Below the pieces are notes generated by a model, which saw only the letters and a program-made list of their open reading frames with translations, was not told where the DNA came from and did no database searches. DNA of 64,000 nt from Candidatus Beckwithbacteria bacterium (lineage in GTDB: Bacteria; Patescibacteriota; Microgenomatia; UBA1400; CG1-02-47-37): positions 118,647 to 182,646 of the forward strand of contig JAZDKF010000012.1 in NCBI GenBank assembly GCA_043803225.1, in the 5' to 3' direction. The position numbers and the translations under genes are program-made. Shown here piece by piece: positions 49,878 to 58,940 of this stretch. Position 1 is the first letter of the stretch; each line of letters opens with the position of its first letter.

Positions 49878-50285
49878 ATGCTGCAGCCTAAACGTCAAAA
49901 ATTTCGAAAAAGTTTTCGAGGCTCTATGGGAGGCTTAAGTTATGCCGGTTCAACCTTAAGTTTTGGCGACTATGGTTTAAAAGCCTTAGCTTGTAGTTGG
50001 GTCACCGCCCGTCAGATCGAAGCCGCCAGAAAAACCATTGCTCATCACACTAAACGCGTCGGTCGTCTCTGGATTCGCATCTTTCCGGACAAAACCTATA
50101 CTAAAAAAGGCGCTGGGGTTAGGATGGGCGGCGGCAAAGGCGAAGTCGAAGGCTATGTCTGCGTCGTTAAGCCCGGCCGGATCATGTTTGAACTGGCCGG
50201 AGTTGAGGAAAAAATTGCTCTTGAATCTTTTCGTTTGGCTACCCAAAAACTTTCCCTTAAAACCAAAGTGGTTAAAAAAAGTTAA
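49878..50285 (+). CDS. rplP: 50S ribosomal protein L16
   Basis: [15 protein letters not shown]…[22 protein letters not shown] matches L16. Confidence 0.95.
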   Translation: MLQPKRQKFRKSFRGSMGGLSYAGSTLSFGDYGLKALACSWVTARQIEAARKTIAHHTKRVGRLWIRIFPDKTYTKKGAGVRMGGGKGEVEGYVCVVKPGRIMFELAGVEEKIALESFRLATQKLSLKTKVVKKS

Positions 50286-50293
50286 AATATTAT

Positions 50294-50473
50294 ATGAAAA
50301 CCAATTACTCTCAACAATTTAAAGCCAAAAAACCTGCTGACATTAAACAGGAGCTAGTCTTAAAACAACAGGAACTTAACCAGTTAAAACTCGACCTTAA
50401 GGCTAATAAGTTAAAAAATACCAGTCAAATTAAAACCATTCGCTATCAAATTTCTATCTTAAAAAGTTTATGA
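50294..50473 (+). CDS. rpmC: 50S ribosomal protein L29 (59 aa, below the ORF-track cutoff)
   Basis: Hand-translated: [59 protein letters not shown]. The stop overlaps the rpsQ ATG (ATGA). Confidence 0.85.
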   Translation: MKTNYSQQFKAKKPADIKQELVLKQQELNQLKLDLKANKLKNTSQIKTIRYQISILKSL

Positions 50474-50694
50474 AACAACTTAAGGCCACGGTTATTAATA
50501 CCAAAATGGCTCAAACCGCCGTCGTTCAGGTTACCAGGCGCTGGACTCATCCGCTTTACCAGAAAACCTTAACTAAAAAGAAAAAATTCTTATGTCAAAA
50601 CCAGCTGGAGCTTAAAGCCGGCGATAAAGTTGTCATTCAACCGTGTCGTCCGCAAAGCAAGCTTAAAAAGTGGCAGGTAATTAAAAAAATATGA
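50470..50694 (+). CDS. rpsQ: 30S ribosomal protein S17
   Basis: [27 protein letters not shown] matches S17. Confidence 0.95.
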   Translation: MKQLKATVINTKMAQTAVVQVTRRWTHPLYQKTLTKKKKFLCQNQLELKAGDKVVIQPCRPQSKLKKWQVIKKI

Positions 50695-51065
50695 TTCAAT
50701 TGCGCACCATCTTGCATGTTGCTGATAATTCCGGGGCTAAACGCCTCCGGGTTATTTTGGTTCACGGTGGTTCTAAGAAGAAATTTGGTTACTTAGGCGA
50801 TCTGGTTACTTGTTCAGTTTTTGAAGCCAACCCTCACGGCGCCGTCAAAAAAGGCGAAATCGTTAAAGCAGTCATTGTCCGCACCCGGAAAGAACATGGT
50901 CGTCCCGACGGTTCTTATATCCGTTTCGACGATAATGCCGCGGTTATTTTAGAAAATGTCGCTACCAAAGATCCCAAAGCCAGCCGCGTTTTCGGTCCTG
51001 TCGCCCGCGAAATTAAAAATTTGGGGTTTAATAAAATTGCCTCCCTGGCTCCGGAGGTGCTCTAA
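50691..51065 (+). CDS. rplN: 50S ribosomal protein L14
   Basis: [22 protein letters not shown] matches L14. Confidence 0.95.
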   Translation: MIQLRTILHVADNSGAKRLRVILVHGGSKKKFGYLGDLVTCSVFEANPHGAVKKGEIVKAVIVRTRKEHGRPDGSYIRFDDNAAVILENVATKDPKASRVFGPVAREIKNLGFNKIASLAPEVL

Positions 51066-51069
51066 CTTT

Positions 51070-51396
51070 ATGAAATTTAAATTAAACGACACCGTTAAAG
51101 TCACTCTCGGCAAAGACCGGGGTAAAACCGGTAAGATCGAAGCGGTTCTAGCCAAATCCAACCGGGTTATTGTCGCTGGCGTCAATCTTTACAAAAAACA
51201 CTTAAAAAAACAGAGCGACAAACAGCCCGGCGGCATTCTTGACCTGCCTCGGCCTCTGTCGTTGTCAAAAATTGCCCTAATTTGTCCTAAATGCCACCTG
51301 GTTACCCGTATTGGTTATGACGGAGTCAATCAGAAGAAAATCAGAATCTGTAAAAAATGCCATAAACCAATTGACGGTGGAGGGATTAAATCATGA
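51070..51396 (+). CDS. rplX: 50S ribosomal protein L24 carrying a CxxC…CxxC zinc-ribbon insertion
   Basis: MKFKLNDTVKVTLGKDRGKTGKIEAVLAKSNRVIVAGVNLYKKH… is the KOW/L24 core. The C-terminal ICPKCHLVTRIGYDGVNQKKIRICKKCHKPI has four Cys where typical L24 has none. The start is taken at the ATG 5 nt after the rplN stop. Confidence 0.9.
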   Translation: MKFKLNDTVKVTLGKDRGKTGKIEAVLAKSNRVIVAGVNLYKKHLKKQSDKQPGGILDLPRPLSLSKIALICPKCHLVTRIGYDGVNQKKIRICKKCHKPIDGGGIKS

Positions 51397-51971
51397 ACCG
51401 TTTACAGGAAAAATACTTTACCACCATTCTTCCGGCTTTAAAAAAGGAATTAAACTTGACTCACGATCTGGCCGCGCCTCGTTTAGAAAAGATTGTGATT
51501 AACTTAGGGATAAAAGAAGGCGCCGGCGACAAAGGTGTCGCCAAAAAAATCAGCGACTATATGAGTTTAATTGCCGGTCAAAAAGCCGTCGTGACTAAAG
51601 CCAGAAAAGCCGAAGCCGCCTTTAAAATTCGTCAGGGTGATCACATTGGTGTCATGGCCACCTTAAGAGGCGATCGGATGTATGTCTTTTTAGACAAATT
51701 AATTTCTCTGGTTTTACCTCAAGTCAGGGATTTCAAAGGCGTCAGCAAAACTGCTTTTGACGGCCACGGCAACTACTCGCTGGGTTTTCAAGAACAGATT
51801 ATCTTTCCCGAGATTGATTATGATACAATCGACCAGACTCGGGGCTTTCAGGTAACCATAGTTACTTCTACCTCAGATCAAAAGCAAGCCCTTCGTTTAC
51901 TCGAACTGCTCGGCCTGCCTTTTACTAAAGAAGACCCTCAGCCAAAGGCTGATATCTATGGCCAAAATTAA
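51393..51971 (+). CDS. rplE: 50S ribosomal protein L5
   Basis: [40 protein letters not shown] matches L5. Confidence 0.95.
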   Translation: MNRLQEKYFTTILPALKKELNLTHDLAAPRLEKIVINLGIKEGAGDKGVAKKISDYMSLIAGQKAVVTKARKAEAAFKIRQGDHIGVMATLRGDRMYVFLDKLISLVLPQVRDFKGVSKTAFDGHGNYSLGFQEQIIFPEIDYDTIDQTRGFQVTIVTSTSDQKQALRLLELLGLPFTKEDPQPKADIYGQN

Positions 51972-52146
51972 ATTTCTCGTTAAACAATTAACCAATAAAC
52001 CTAAGTTTTCCACCCGGAGACAAAACCGCTGCAAGCTTTGCGGCCGGCCCCGTGCCTATTTACGGCATTTTGGCCTCTGTCGGTTATGTTTTAGGGAATT
52101 GGCAAACAAAGGTGAACTGCCGGGAGTTACTAAAGCAAGTTGGTAA
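51958..52146 (+). CDS. rpsZ: 30S ribosomal protein S14 type Z (zinc-binding)
   Basis: 61 aa with CKLCGRP…CRLCFR. Confidence 0.95.
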   Translation: MAKIKFLVKQLTNKPKFSTRRQNRCKLCGRPRAYLRHFGLCRLCFRELANKGELPGVTKASW

Positions 52147-52541
52147 AAACTATGACCGATCCAATCGCCGATCTTTTAATCAGAATCAAAAATGCCCAAT
52201 TATCCCATCACGCCACTGTCGCTGTGCCTTACTCAATTTTAAAAGAAAATCTGGTAAAAATATTGATTAAAAATGGCTACTTAATCGACTCTAAGGTTGA
52301 GGGTAAAAAACCTCACTTAAGCTTAAAACTAACCTTAAAATATCTTAAACGCCAACCAATCATTCTCCAGGTTAAACGGATTTCCAAGCCCGGCGTCCGC
52401 CACTTTGCCAACCAGACCAATATTAAGCGTTTAACCATTGGCCGGGGCTTGGTCATTCTTTCCACCAACCAAGGTTTAATGACTGCCAAAAAAGCCCATT
52501 CGGCCAAACTTGGCGGCGAAATTATCTGTAAAATTAATTAA
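52140..52541 (+). CDS. rpsH: 30S ribosomal protein S8
   Basis: [17 protein letters not shown]… is the S8 N-terminus. The true start is possibly the ATG at 52152. Confidence 0.9.
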   Translation: MVKTMTDPIADLLIRIKNAQLSHHATVAVPYSILKENLVKILIKNGYLIDSKVEGKKPHLSLKLTLKYLKRQPIILQVKRISKPGVRHFANQTNIKRLTIGRGLVILSTNQGLMTAKKAHSAKLGGEIICKIN

Positions 52542-52544
52542 ATT

Positions 52545-53093
52545 ATGTCCAGAATCGGTTTACAAGCTATCAAAATCCCGGACAACGTCACCGTCACCCT
52601 GCAGCCGGGTTCCATTATTATTGAATCCGGTTCAAACAAGCTGGTTCAACCGATTCACCCCAACATTAAAGTCAGTCAAAAAGACAAAGAAATAATCGTC
52701 GCCATTAAAACTCCCTCTCGCCAGGCTAACGCCCTTCATGGTTTAGTCCGCAGTCTGATTGCTAATATGGTTGAAGGCGTTATTACCGGGTTTTCCAAGA
52801 CCTTAGAAATCCAAGGCACTGGTTTCCGGGTTGCTCCCAAAGGTAATGGTCTTGAATTTTCCCTAGGTTTTTCTCACCCGGTTGTTTACGAACCGCCCCA
52901 GGGAATCAAGCTGGAAATTAAAGATAATAAATTTATTGTTGTCTCCGGGGCTGATAAATATCTGGTCGGCCAAATCGCTGCCAAAATCAGGCATTTCCGT
53001 TCACCCGATGCTTATAAAGGTAAAGGCATCCGTTATCAAGGCGAATTTATTCGCTTAAAACCAGGTAAAGCCGCCAAGGCTGCCGGAGAATAA
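52545..53093 (+). CDS. rplF: 50S ribosomal protein L6
   Basis: [20 protein letters not shown]; two L6 repeats. Confidence 0.95.
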   Translation: MSRIGLQAIKIPDNVTVTLQPGSIIIESGSNKLVQPIHPNIKVSQKDKEIIVAIKTPSRQANALHGLVRSLIANMVEGVITGFSKTLEIQGTGFRVAPKGNGLEFSLGFSHPVVYEPPQGIKLEIKDNKFIVVSGADKYLVGQIAAKIRHFRSPDAYKGKGIRYQGEFIRLKPGKAAKAAGE

Positions 53094-53094
53094 T

Positions 53095-53412
53095 ATGATT
53101 AAAAGATATAAATCAACTAAACTTCAAAGACAGTATCGCAGCCGCCTCAAAACCAAAGGCACTGGCCAAAAACCTCGCCTCTCGGTTTTTCGGTCCTTAA
53201 AAGCGATTTACGCTCAGGTGATCGATGATGTTAAAGGCGTAACTCTCGCTTCGGCTTCAGGGTCAGACCCTGAAGTGGTCGGTACCAAAGTCGCCGAAAC
53301 TGCTCTCAAGAAAAAAATTGTTACGGTTGTTTTTGACCGCGGTGCTTATAAATATCACGGCTCCATCCGCCGTCTGGCTGACGCCGCTAGGAAGAAAGGC
53401 TTAAAATTCTAA
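53095..53412 (+). CDS. rplR: 50S ribosomal protein L18
   Basis: [31 protein letters not shown] matches L18. Confidence 0.9.
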   Translation: MIKRYKSTKLQRQYRSRLKTKGTGQKPRLSVFRSLKAIYAQVIDDVKGVTLASASGSDPEVVGTKVAETALKKKIVTVVFDRGAYKYHGSIRRLADAARKKGLKF

Positions 53413-53413
53413 T

Positions 53414-53872
53414 ATGAATCGTTACGAAGAAGCTAAAGAATTTGAAGAAAAAATTATCCAGATTAACCGCGTTGCCAAAAAAACTAAAGGCGGCAACCAG
53501 TTCGGCTTTTCTATTCTTATGGTCGTCGGTGACAAAAAAGGCCGGGTCGGCGTCGGTTTGGGTAAAGCCCCGGATGTTCTCGCCGGTATTAAAAAAGCCA
53601 TCCGCCGCGCCAAGAAAAGCCTCTTTACGGTCGCGCTTTCCGGTACTACTATTCCTCATGATATCCGGGTCAAGTTCGGCGCCGCTGAACTTCTCTTAAA
53701 ACCCGCGCCTCCTGGCAGCGGCATTATTGCCGGCGGAGCGGTTCGGGCGGTCATGGAAGTCGCCGGAATTAACGACGTTTCCAGCAAAGTCTTAGGCACC
53801 CGCAACAAAGCCTCCAATGTTTATGCTACGATTAAAGCCCTTAAGCTTTTAGTAGGTAAGGAGGCTAAATGA
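53414..53872 (+). CDS. rpsE: 30S ribosomal protein S5
   Basis: [37 protein letters not shown] matches S5. It is followed directly by rplO, with no L30 gene between. Confidence 0.95.
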   Translation: MNRYEEAKEFEEKIIQINRVAKKTKGGNQFGFSILMVVGDKKGRVGVGLGKAPDVLAGIKKAIRRAKKSLFTVALSGTTIPHDIRVKFGAAELLLKPAPPGSGIIAGGAVRAVMEVAGINDVSSKVLGTRNKASNVYATIKALKLLVGKEAK

Positions 53873-54306
53873 AACTTTCTTTACGGCCAAAATCAGTCGC
53901 GCTTTCCAAAAAACGGGTCGGCCGTGGTTATGGTTCTGGAAAAGGCGGTCACACAACTGGTAGGGGGGCTAAAGGCCAAAACATCAGAAGCTCTCGACCG
54001 CTTTACTTTGAAGGCACGTCGATGCGTAAAAGTCTCATTCGCCGCATGCCGATGCTCAGGGGTAAGCTTAAATTTAAATCCTTTAAACCCCACCAAACCA
54101 TTATTATCTCTCTAGACCAGTTAAATGTTTTGCCCAAAAACAGCGAAGTCACCCTGGCCGCTTTAATTAAAGCGAAAATATTACCGGCAAAGCTGGAAAA
54201 ATACCCGATTAAGATTTTAGGCAATGGGGAACTCAAACACTTTTTAAAAATCTCTTTGCCAATTTCTAAAAGTGCCGCCAAAAAGGTTGCCAAACTCAAT
54301 GCCTAA
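53869..54306 (+). CDS. rplO: 50S ribosomal protein L15
   Basis: [25 protein letters not shown] matches L15. Confidence 0.9.
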   Translation: MKLSLRPKSVALSKKRVGRGYGSGKGGHTTGRGAKGQNIRSSRPLYFEGTSMRKSLIRRMPMLRGKLKFKSFKPHQTIIISLDQLNVLPKNSEVTLAALIKAKILPAKLEKYPIKILGNGELKHFLKISLPISKSAAKKVAKLNA

Positions 54307-55588
54307 TCCCTTTAGTGCTGTCAAAAATTTATTCAAAATTAAAGAACTCAAACGCAAACTTTTAATTACCCTCGTAATCTTTGTTATTTTTCGCTTTGTT
54401 GCCCACATTCCCGTTCCCGGCATCGACCTAATTGCTTTAAAACAGCTTTTTTCTTCCAATCAACTGCTCGGCATGCTGGATATTTTTTCCGGTGGCACCC
54501 TGGCTAACTTTTCCATTTTAGCCCTGGGCTTAGGCCCGTACATTAACGCTTCGATTGTCTTGCAATTATTAATGATGGTGATGCCGAAACTGGAAGAACT
54601 CAGCAAAGAAGGCGATTTTGGCCGGGAGAAAATTAATCAGTACACCCGGTTATTATCCATTCCTTTGTCTGCCTTTCAGGCAATCGGCATGGCCGCCTTG
54701 CTTAAAAATCAAAATATTTTAACCTTGTCCGGCCCTTTAGACTTAATCAGTATTGTTGTTACCATGGTTACCGGGACTATCTTTTTAATGTGGCTGGGTG
54801 AACTCTTAACTGAGTTTGGCATTGGCAACGGCATCTCTGTTCTGATCTTTGCCGGCATTGTCGGCCGCCTGCCGATCAGCCTGCTCCAAACCGGTTCTAT
54901 TAGCCAAACCCTAAACTTAATGAGTTTAATTGTTTTCTCTGTTCTTGGATTAGCCGTGATTGCCGGTATTGTTTTTGTCAATGAAGCTGTCCGCCAGATT
55001 CCGGTCCGCTATGCCCGCCGCCAGCGCGCCGGCGTCACCAGTACCGGCCAGACTACCTATCTGCCGCTTCGGGTTAACCAAGCCGGCGTCATCCCGATTA
55101 TCTTTGCCGTGTCTTTGGTCATTATGCCCTCTGTTATCGGCGGCTACTTGCAGAAAATGGCCTCGCCACAGTTGGCTGCTATCGCCGCTAAAATTGTCTT
55201 CTTTTTCGACCCGAACCGGGCGCCCTACCACTTAATCTATTTCATCCTGGTCATTGGTTTTACCTACTTTTACACTGCGGTTACCTTTAACCCGGACAAA
55301 ATTTCCGAGGATATTAAAAAATACGGCGGCTTTATTCCCGGTATCAGACCGGGCCGGCCCACTGCCGACTATCTCTCTTACGTTTTAAACCGCATCACCT
55401 TGGCCGGCGCCATTTTTCTTGGCCTGGTAGCCATCCTGCCTTCAATTGCCAGCGGTATCACCGGCATTACCACCCTGACTATTGGCGGCACCGGTATTTT
55501 AATCGTGGTTTCGGTTATCCTGGAAATCAGCAAATCTCTGGAATCTCAGCTTATCATGAGAAATTATGAAGGTTTCTTAAAGGAGTAG
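54299..55588 (+). CDS. secY: Preprotein translocase subunit SecY
   Basis: 10-TM SecY with conserved GxxPYI ([11 protein letters not shown]) and the plug region. The start is taken at [12 protein letters not shown] (8-nt overlap with rplO); the ORF track extends to 54272. Confidence 0.9.
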   Translation: MPNPFSAVKNLFKIKELKRKLLITLVIFVIFRFVAHIPVPGIDLIALKQLFSSNQLLGMLDIFSGGTLANFSILALGLGPYINASIVLQLLMMVMPKLEELSKEGDFGREKINQYTRLLSIPLSAFQAIGMAALLKNQNILTLSGPLDLISIVVTMVTGTIFLMWLGELLTEFGIGNGISVLIFAGIVGRLPISLLQTGSISQTLNLMSLIVFSVLGLAVIAGIVFVNEAVRQIPVRYARRQRAGVTSTGQTTYLPLRVNQAGVIPIIFAVSLVIMPSVIGGYLQKMASPQLAAIAAKIVFFFDPNRAPYHLIYFILVIGFTYFYTAVTFNPDKISEDIKKYGGFIPGIRPGRPTADYLSYVLNRITLAGAIFLGLVAILPSIASGITGITTLTIGGTGILIVVSVILEISKSLESQLIMRNYEGFLKE

Positions 55589-55591
55589 TTT

Positions 55592-56167
55592 ATGTTTATT
55601 ATCTTTTATGGCCCGGAAGGTTCCGGCAAATCCACTCAGGCCAAAATGCTCGCTCAAGACTTGAATCTGCCCTATCTTGGTTCCGGCGATCTGGTCCGGC
55701 ATTATTCTGCTTCAGACAAGGGGATTATGGGCGATATCTGCCGTGAATCCTTAAAACTCGGCCACTATGTTGCTGACTCGGAAATGTTTGTCCTTTGGAA
55801 ACAGCGGCTTAAAGAACCGGACGTTCAAGCTGGTTTTATCATCGACGGCTTTCCCCGGAATCACTCTCAAGCGCTTTTTTTAGACGATAAACTGAATAAA
55901 TATGGTAAAAAAGTCGACTTTGTTTTTTATCTTAATGTTTCTGAAGCCGAATCAGTTAAACGGCTTCTGGCCCGCGCCCGGACCAACCCTGACGGCTCGC
56001 TTCATGACAGCTCGGAGAAAATTAGCCAGCGGTTAAAGATGTACTCTGAACAGGAAGCTGATGTTTTAAAGTTTTATGAAGCTTCAGGCAAACTTCATAA
56101 AATTAACGGCGAGCAAACAATCGAAGCCATCTATCAGGATATTTTAAAAATTGTTAAAACCGCATGA
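55592..56167 (+). CDS. adk: Adenylate kinase (short, lid-less type)
   Basis: P-loop GPEGSGKSTQ, NMP-binding GDLVR, and a DGFPR block. Confidence 0.85.
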   Translation: MFIIFYGPEGSGKSTQAKMLAQDLNLPYLGSGDLVRHYSASDKGIMGDICRESLKLGHYVADSEMFVLWKQRLKEPDVQAGFIIDGFPRNHSQALFLDDKLNKYGKKVDFVFYLNVSEAESVKRLLARARTNPDGSLHDSSEKISQRLKMYSEQEADVLKFYEASGKLHKINGEQTIEAIYQDILKIVKTA

Positions 56168-56745
56168 ATTCAGTTACGCCTATTATTGCCATTGTCGGTA
56201 TGCCCGGCTCCGGCAAAACCCTGGCTTGTGATTTTTTGAAAACTAAAGGCTATCCGGTTTTAAGATTTGGCGACGAGACAGACTTAGGGTTAAAAGCTCA
56301 AGGGTTACCCCTGACCGCAGCCAATGAAAAAAACTTCCGGGAAAACTTAAGAAAAGAGTTAGGCATGGCCGCCTATGCCATCAAAATCGCCCCCCGCATT
56401 AAAGCCACATTCCGTACATTCCGTTCCGGATCGGAATGTATTATTTTAGACGGCCTTTACTCTTGGGAAGAGTATTTATATTTAAAAAAACTCTTCCCCC
56501 AGCTGACTCTTTTATGCATCTATGCCCGGCCGGAAATCCGCTACCAGCGTCTGGCAGTTCGGCCGATCCGCCCTCTCACCCTTAAGGAAGCTAGAAAAAG
56601 GGATATTGCCGAACTGGAAAACTTAAACAAAGGCGGCCCCATCGCCATTGCTGATTACTTAATTACCAACAACGCCGACGAACCGACTCTATACCATAAC
56701 CTTGAAAAACTTCTATCTAACAACCTACAAGATCCGTCCTTGTAG
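56164..56745 (+). CDS. P-loop nucleotide kinase-like protein (dephospho-CoA-kinase/AAA_18-like)
   Basis: Walker A IAIVGMPGSGKT and an overall small-kinase fold. It occupies the position where map normally follows adk. The last 4 codons are encoded by palindrome P4. Confidence 0.4.
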   Translation: MNSVTPIIAIVGMPGSGKTLACDFLKTKGYPVLRFGDETDLGLKAQGLPLTAANEKNFRENLRKELGMAAYAIKIAPRIKATFRTFRSGSECIILDGLYSWEEYLYLKKLFPQLTLLCIYARPEIRYQRLAVRPIRPLTLKEARKRDIAELENLNKGGPIAIADYLITNNADEPTLYHNLEKLLSNNLQDPSL

Positions 56746-56757
56746 GTCTGGAGGTGT
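56735..56757. repeat. 23-nt palindromic element P4 (CCTACAAGATC-C-GTCCTTGTAGG)
   Basis: Same family as P1-P3 (outer CCTACAAG/CTTGTAGG arms conserved). It marks the left edge of the AT-rich cassette. Confidence 0.6.
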
Positions 56758-56984
56758 CAAATAAACCTTTAAATAAGATAAGAATGTTTTAATGTTTTAT
56801 AGTCTTGATCATTGTTAAAGATAGCTTGTTTTACCACCCCTCGGTTATACCGATGATAATAACCATCTGCCGAGTACTCTTTCAGAATATTTTTTGCCGG
56901 CATTCATTCTAAATATACACCAATAACTCTAATTCTCTATCGCTAAAGTGGTATGTTGGTATGTCAAAATGTTATAATACACCT

Positions 56985-57329
56985 ATGCAGATTGAACAAA
57001 AAGGCACCCCTCCATACACTTTATGGACTGCCGAAACACCAATAGATTATGGAGGTAAAAGTCAGCCTGCTCGATTTGATGAATACCTCGATATGTTTTA
57101 TGGTTTAATTGATTTAACCAACTGTGGCGAAGAAGCTTATAAACCGGAAATTCATATTAAGCCAATCAGAGTAATTGATTCCAAAGAAAAAATTATTTTA
57201 TCTATGGATAATCCTGAGGATGTAAATTTAATAAAACTGGTTATTCAATCACTTAATGCAATGGATCAGATAGAAGTTGTTAAAAAGCCTCAACCGATTT
57301 CCCCTATAATAAATAACTATCAGGTATAA
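56985..57329 (+). CDS. Hypothetical protein A of the AT-rich cassette (114 aa from the second in-frame ATG)
   Basis: Extended -10 TGTTATAAT at 56970-56978 sits inside the longer track ORF (56961), with the ATG 7 nt downstream (leaderless configuration). No recognisable motif; acidic. Confidence 0.5.
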   Translation: MQIEQKGTPPYTLWTAETPIDYGGKSQPARFDEYLDMFYGLIDLTNCGEEAYKPEIHIKPIRVIDSKEKIILSMDNPEDVNLIKLVIQSLNAMDQIEVVKKPQPISPIINNYQV

Positions 57330-57337
57330 TTTCTTAT

Positions 57338-58054
57338 ATGTCAGAAGGAAAATTCGATTTAAAAATAGGAACACCCAAAGAAAAATTTTCCGATGCTTTA
57401 AATGCATATTTTACTCTAACTTCATATAATGGAAGAGAAGATCTATTTCAACAACAAACAGCAACTCAAACCATAACTGATCCCACAGCCGAATTCTTCT
57501 ACGATACAGTTAAAAGGAGCGCCTGGAAATTGGCCAAAGAAGAGGGGAAATATCCACAAGCCATAGAAATGGTTAGAACAAACTTAAATAATCTTAATGC
57601 ACAGGGTTTTAATGATCATGACAATAAAGCAATAACAATCTTTTTCTTAAGAAGGATAGGAAGCATTTTTGAACACCAGGCTACTTTTGCTGAAAAAGAT
57701 AAACCACATGATGATTCAACCAGAAAAGCTCATTTTTTTTCTGCAGCTTATTATTACATGCTTGGGGATATTGAGCTAGGAGTCATGACAGAATATTCTG
57801 GGAGAATATCTGAAAGTCTAAGAGGTGCTGGATTTTTTGAGCAAGCAGCGGAATTTGATACAGCATTTTGGAAACAAAAAAAGGTTTATGTTGGTGAAAA
57901 ACAGGTAGATAAATTAAGAGGTAGAGGTAGTAGAAGAAGCAATGTTTCTGTAGCGGAAGAGAGTGGAGCTGTGAAAATTGAAGAATGGTTAGATGAATTA
58001 CCGGACAATTTCGATGATATTATTCAAAACGATAACCCTCCCTCTGGCAAATAA
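57338..58054 (+). CDS. Hypothetical protein B of the AT-rich cassette (238 aa)
   Basis: Starts 8 nt after gene A. No recognisable family. Composition (Asn/Lys/Phe-rich, low GC) differs from the flanking ribosomal genes. Confidence 0.5.
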   Translation: MSEGKFDLKIGTPKEKFSDALNAYFTLTSYNGREDLFQQQTATQTITDPTAEFFYDTVKRSAWKLAKEEGKYPQAIEMVRTNLNNLNAQGFNDHDNKAITIFFLRRIGSIFEHQATFAEKDKPHDDSTRKAHFFSAAYYYMLGDIELGVMTEYSGRISESLRGAGFFEQAAEFDTAFWKQKKVYVGEKQVDKLRGRGSRRSNVSVAEESGAVKIEEWLDELPDNFDDIIQNDNPPSGK

Positions 58055-58087
58055 ATAGCCATCTGTTATAATACTTCTTATTACCTC

Positions 58088-58318
58088 ATGCCATTAACCG
58101 ACCCCAAAGAAATCATTGAAGCCGAAGGCGAAGTCTTAGAAGCTTTGCCCAACGCCACCTTCAGAGTCAAACTTAACAACTCAGATAAAATTGCCCTTTG
58201 TCATTTGGCGGGCAAGATGCGCCTCTACCGCATCCGCGTCCTCCCCGGCGACCAGGTCAAGATCGAACAGAGCCCGTACGACACCACCAAGGGCCGTATT
58301 GTGTATCGCAGTAAATAG
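58088..58318 (+). CDS. infA: Translation initiation factor IF-1
   Basis: [64 protein letters not shown]. Extended -10 TGTTATAAT at 58064-58072. Confidence 0.95.
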   Translation: MPLTDPKEIIEAEGEVLEALPNATFRVKLNNSDKIALCHLAGKMRLYRIRVLPGDQVKIEQSPYDTTKGRIVYRSK

Positions 58319-58355
58319 TGTATAATTGGGCTTCGTTTTGATATCTATAAATAAA

Positions 58356-58395
58356 AGGAGAAGCCAACCCTGGTTATCTCCTTGATTTTTTTATT
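58356..58395 (+). terminator. Hairpin plus U-tract between an internal promoter and the rpmJ start (attenuator/terminator candidate)
   Basis: TGTATAAT at 58320-58327. Stem AAGGAGA / TCTCCTT with a 15-nt loop, followed by GATTTTTTTATT and then the ATG at 58396. Confidence 0.45.
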
Positions 58396-58509
58396 ATGAA
58401 GGTTCAGGCCTCAGTCAAAAAACGCTGTTTAAAGTGCAAAATAGTCCGCCGCAAAGGCCGGGTTTATGTTATTTGTACCAACCCGCGCCACAAACAGCGT
58501 CAAGGTTAA
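58396..58509 (+). CDS. rpmJ: 50S ribosomal protein L36 (37 aa, zinc ribbon)
   Basis: Hand-translated: [37 protein letters not shown]. Confidence 0.9.
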   Translation: MKVQASVKKRCLKCKIVRRKGRVYVICTNPRHKQRQG

Positions 58510-58513
58510 ATTT

Positions 58514-58939
58514 ATGCCTAGAATTTCCGGTATCGACATTCCTGCCTCTAAACGCACTGAGATTGCTCTCACCTATATTTTTGGTGTCGGCCGCCAAAAC
58601 GTCGGCAAAATTCTTAAATTAGCTAATATCGATCCTGATAAACGGGCAAAAGATTTGACTTCAGATGAGATCGGCCGGATTCAAAAAGCCCTGGATACGA
58701 TTCCGACCGAAGGTCCTTTAAGAACCAGTATTTTAGAAAATATTAAACGCTTAAAACAAATCGGCACTTACCGCGGTCTCCGCCACAGTGCTCAGCTGCC
58801 GGCCCGCGGCCAGCGCACCCGCCACAACGCCCGGACTAAACGGGGTAAACGGATGACTGTCGGCGCTCTAAAGAAAGAAGAAGCTGCTAAAGTCGAAGCC
58901 GCTAAAGCCGAAACCGCTAAACAGGAAGAGAAAAAATAA
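58514..58939 (+). CDS. rpsM: 30S ribosomal protein S13 with Lys/Glu/Ala-rich C-terminal tail
   Basis: MPRISGIDIPASKRTEIALTYIFGVG is the S13 N-terminus. The ORF track begins upstream inside rpmJ. Tail KKEEAAKVEAAKAETAKQEEKK. Confidence 0.9.
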   Translation: MPRISGIDIPASKRTEIALTYIFGVGRQNVGKILKLANIDPDKRAKDLTSDEIGRIQKALDTIPTEGPLRTSILENIKRLKQIGTYRGLRHSAQLPARGQRTRHNARTKRGKRMTVGALKKEEAAKVEAAKAETAKQEEKK

Positions 58940-58940
58940 T

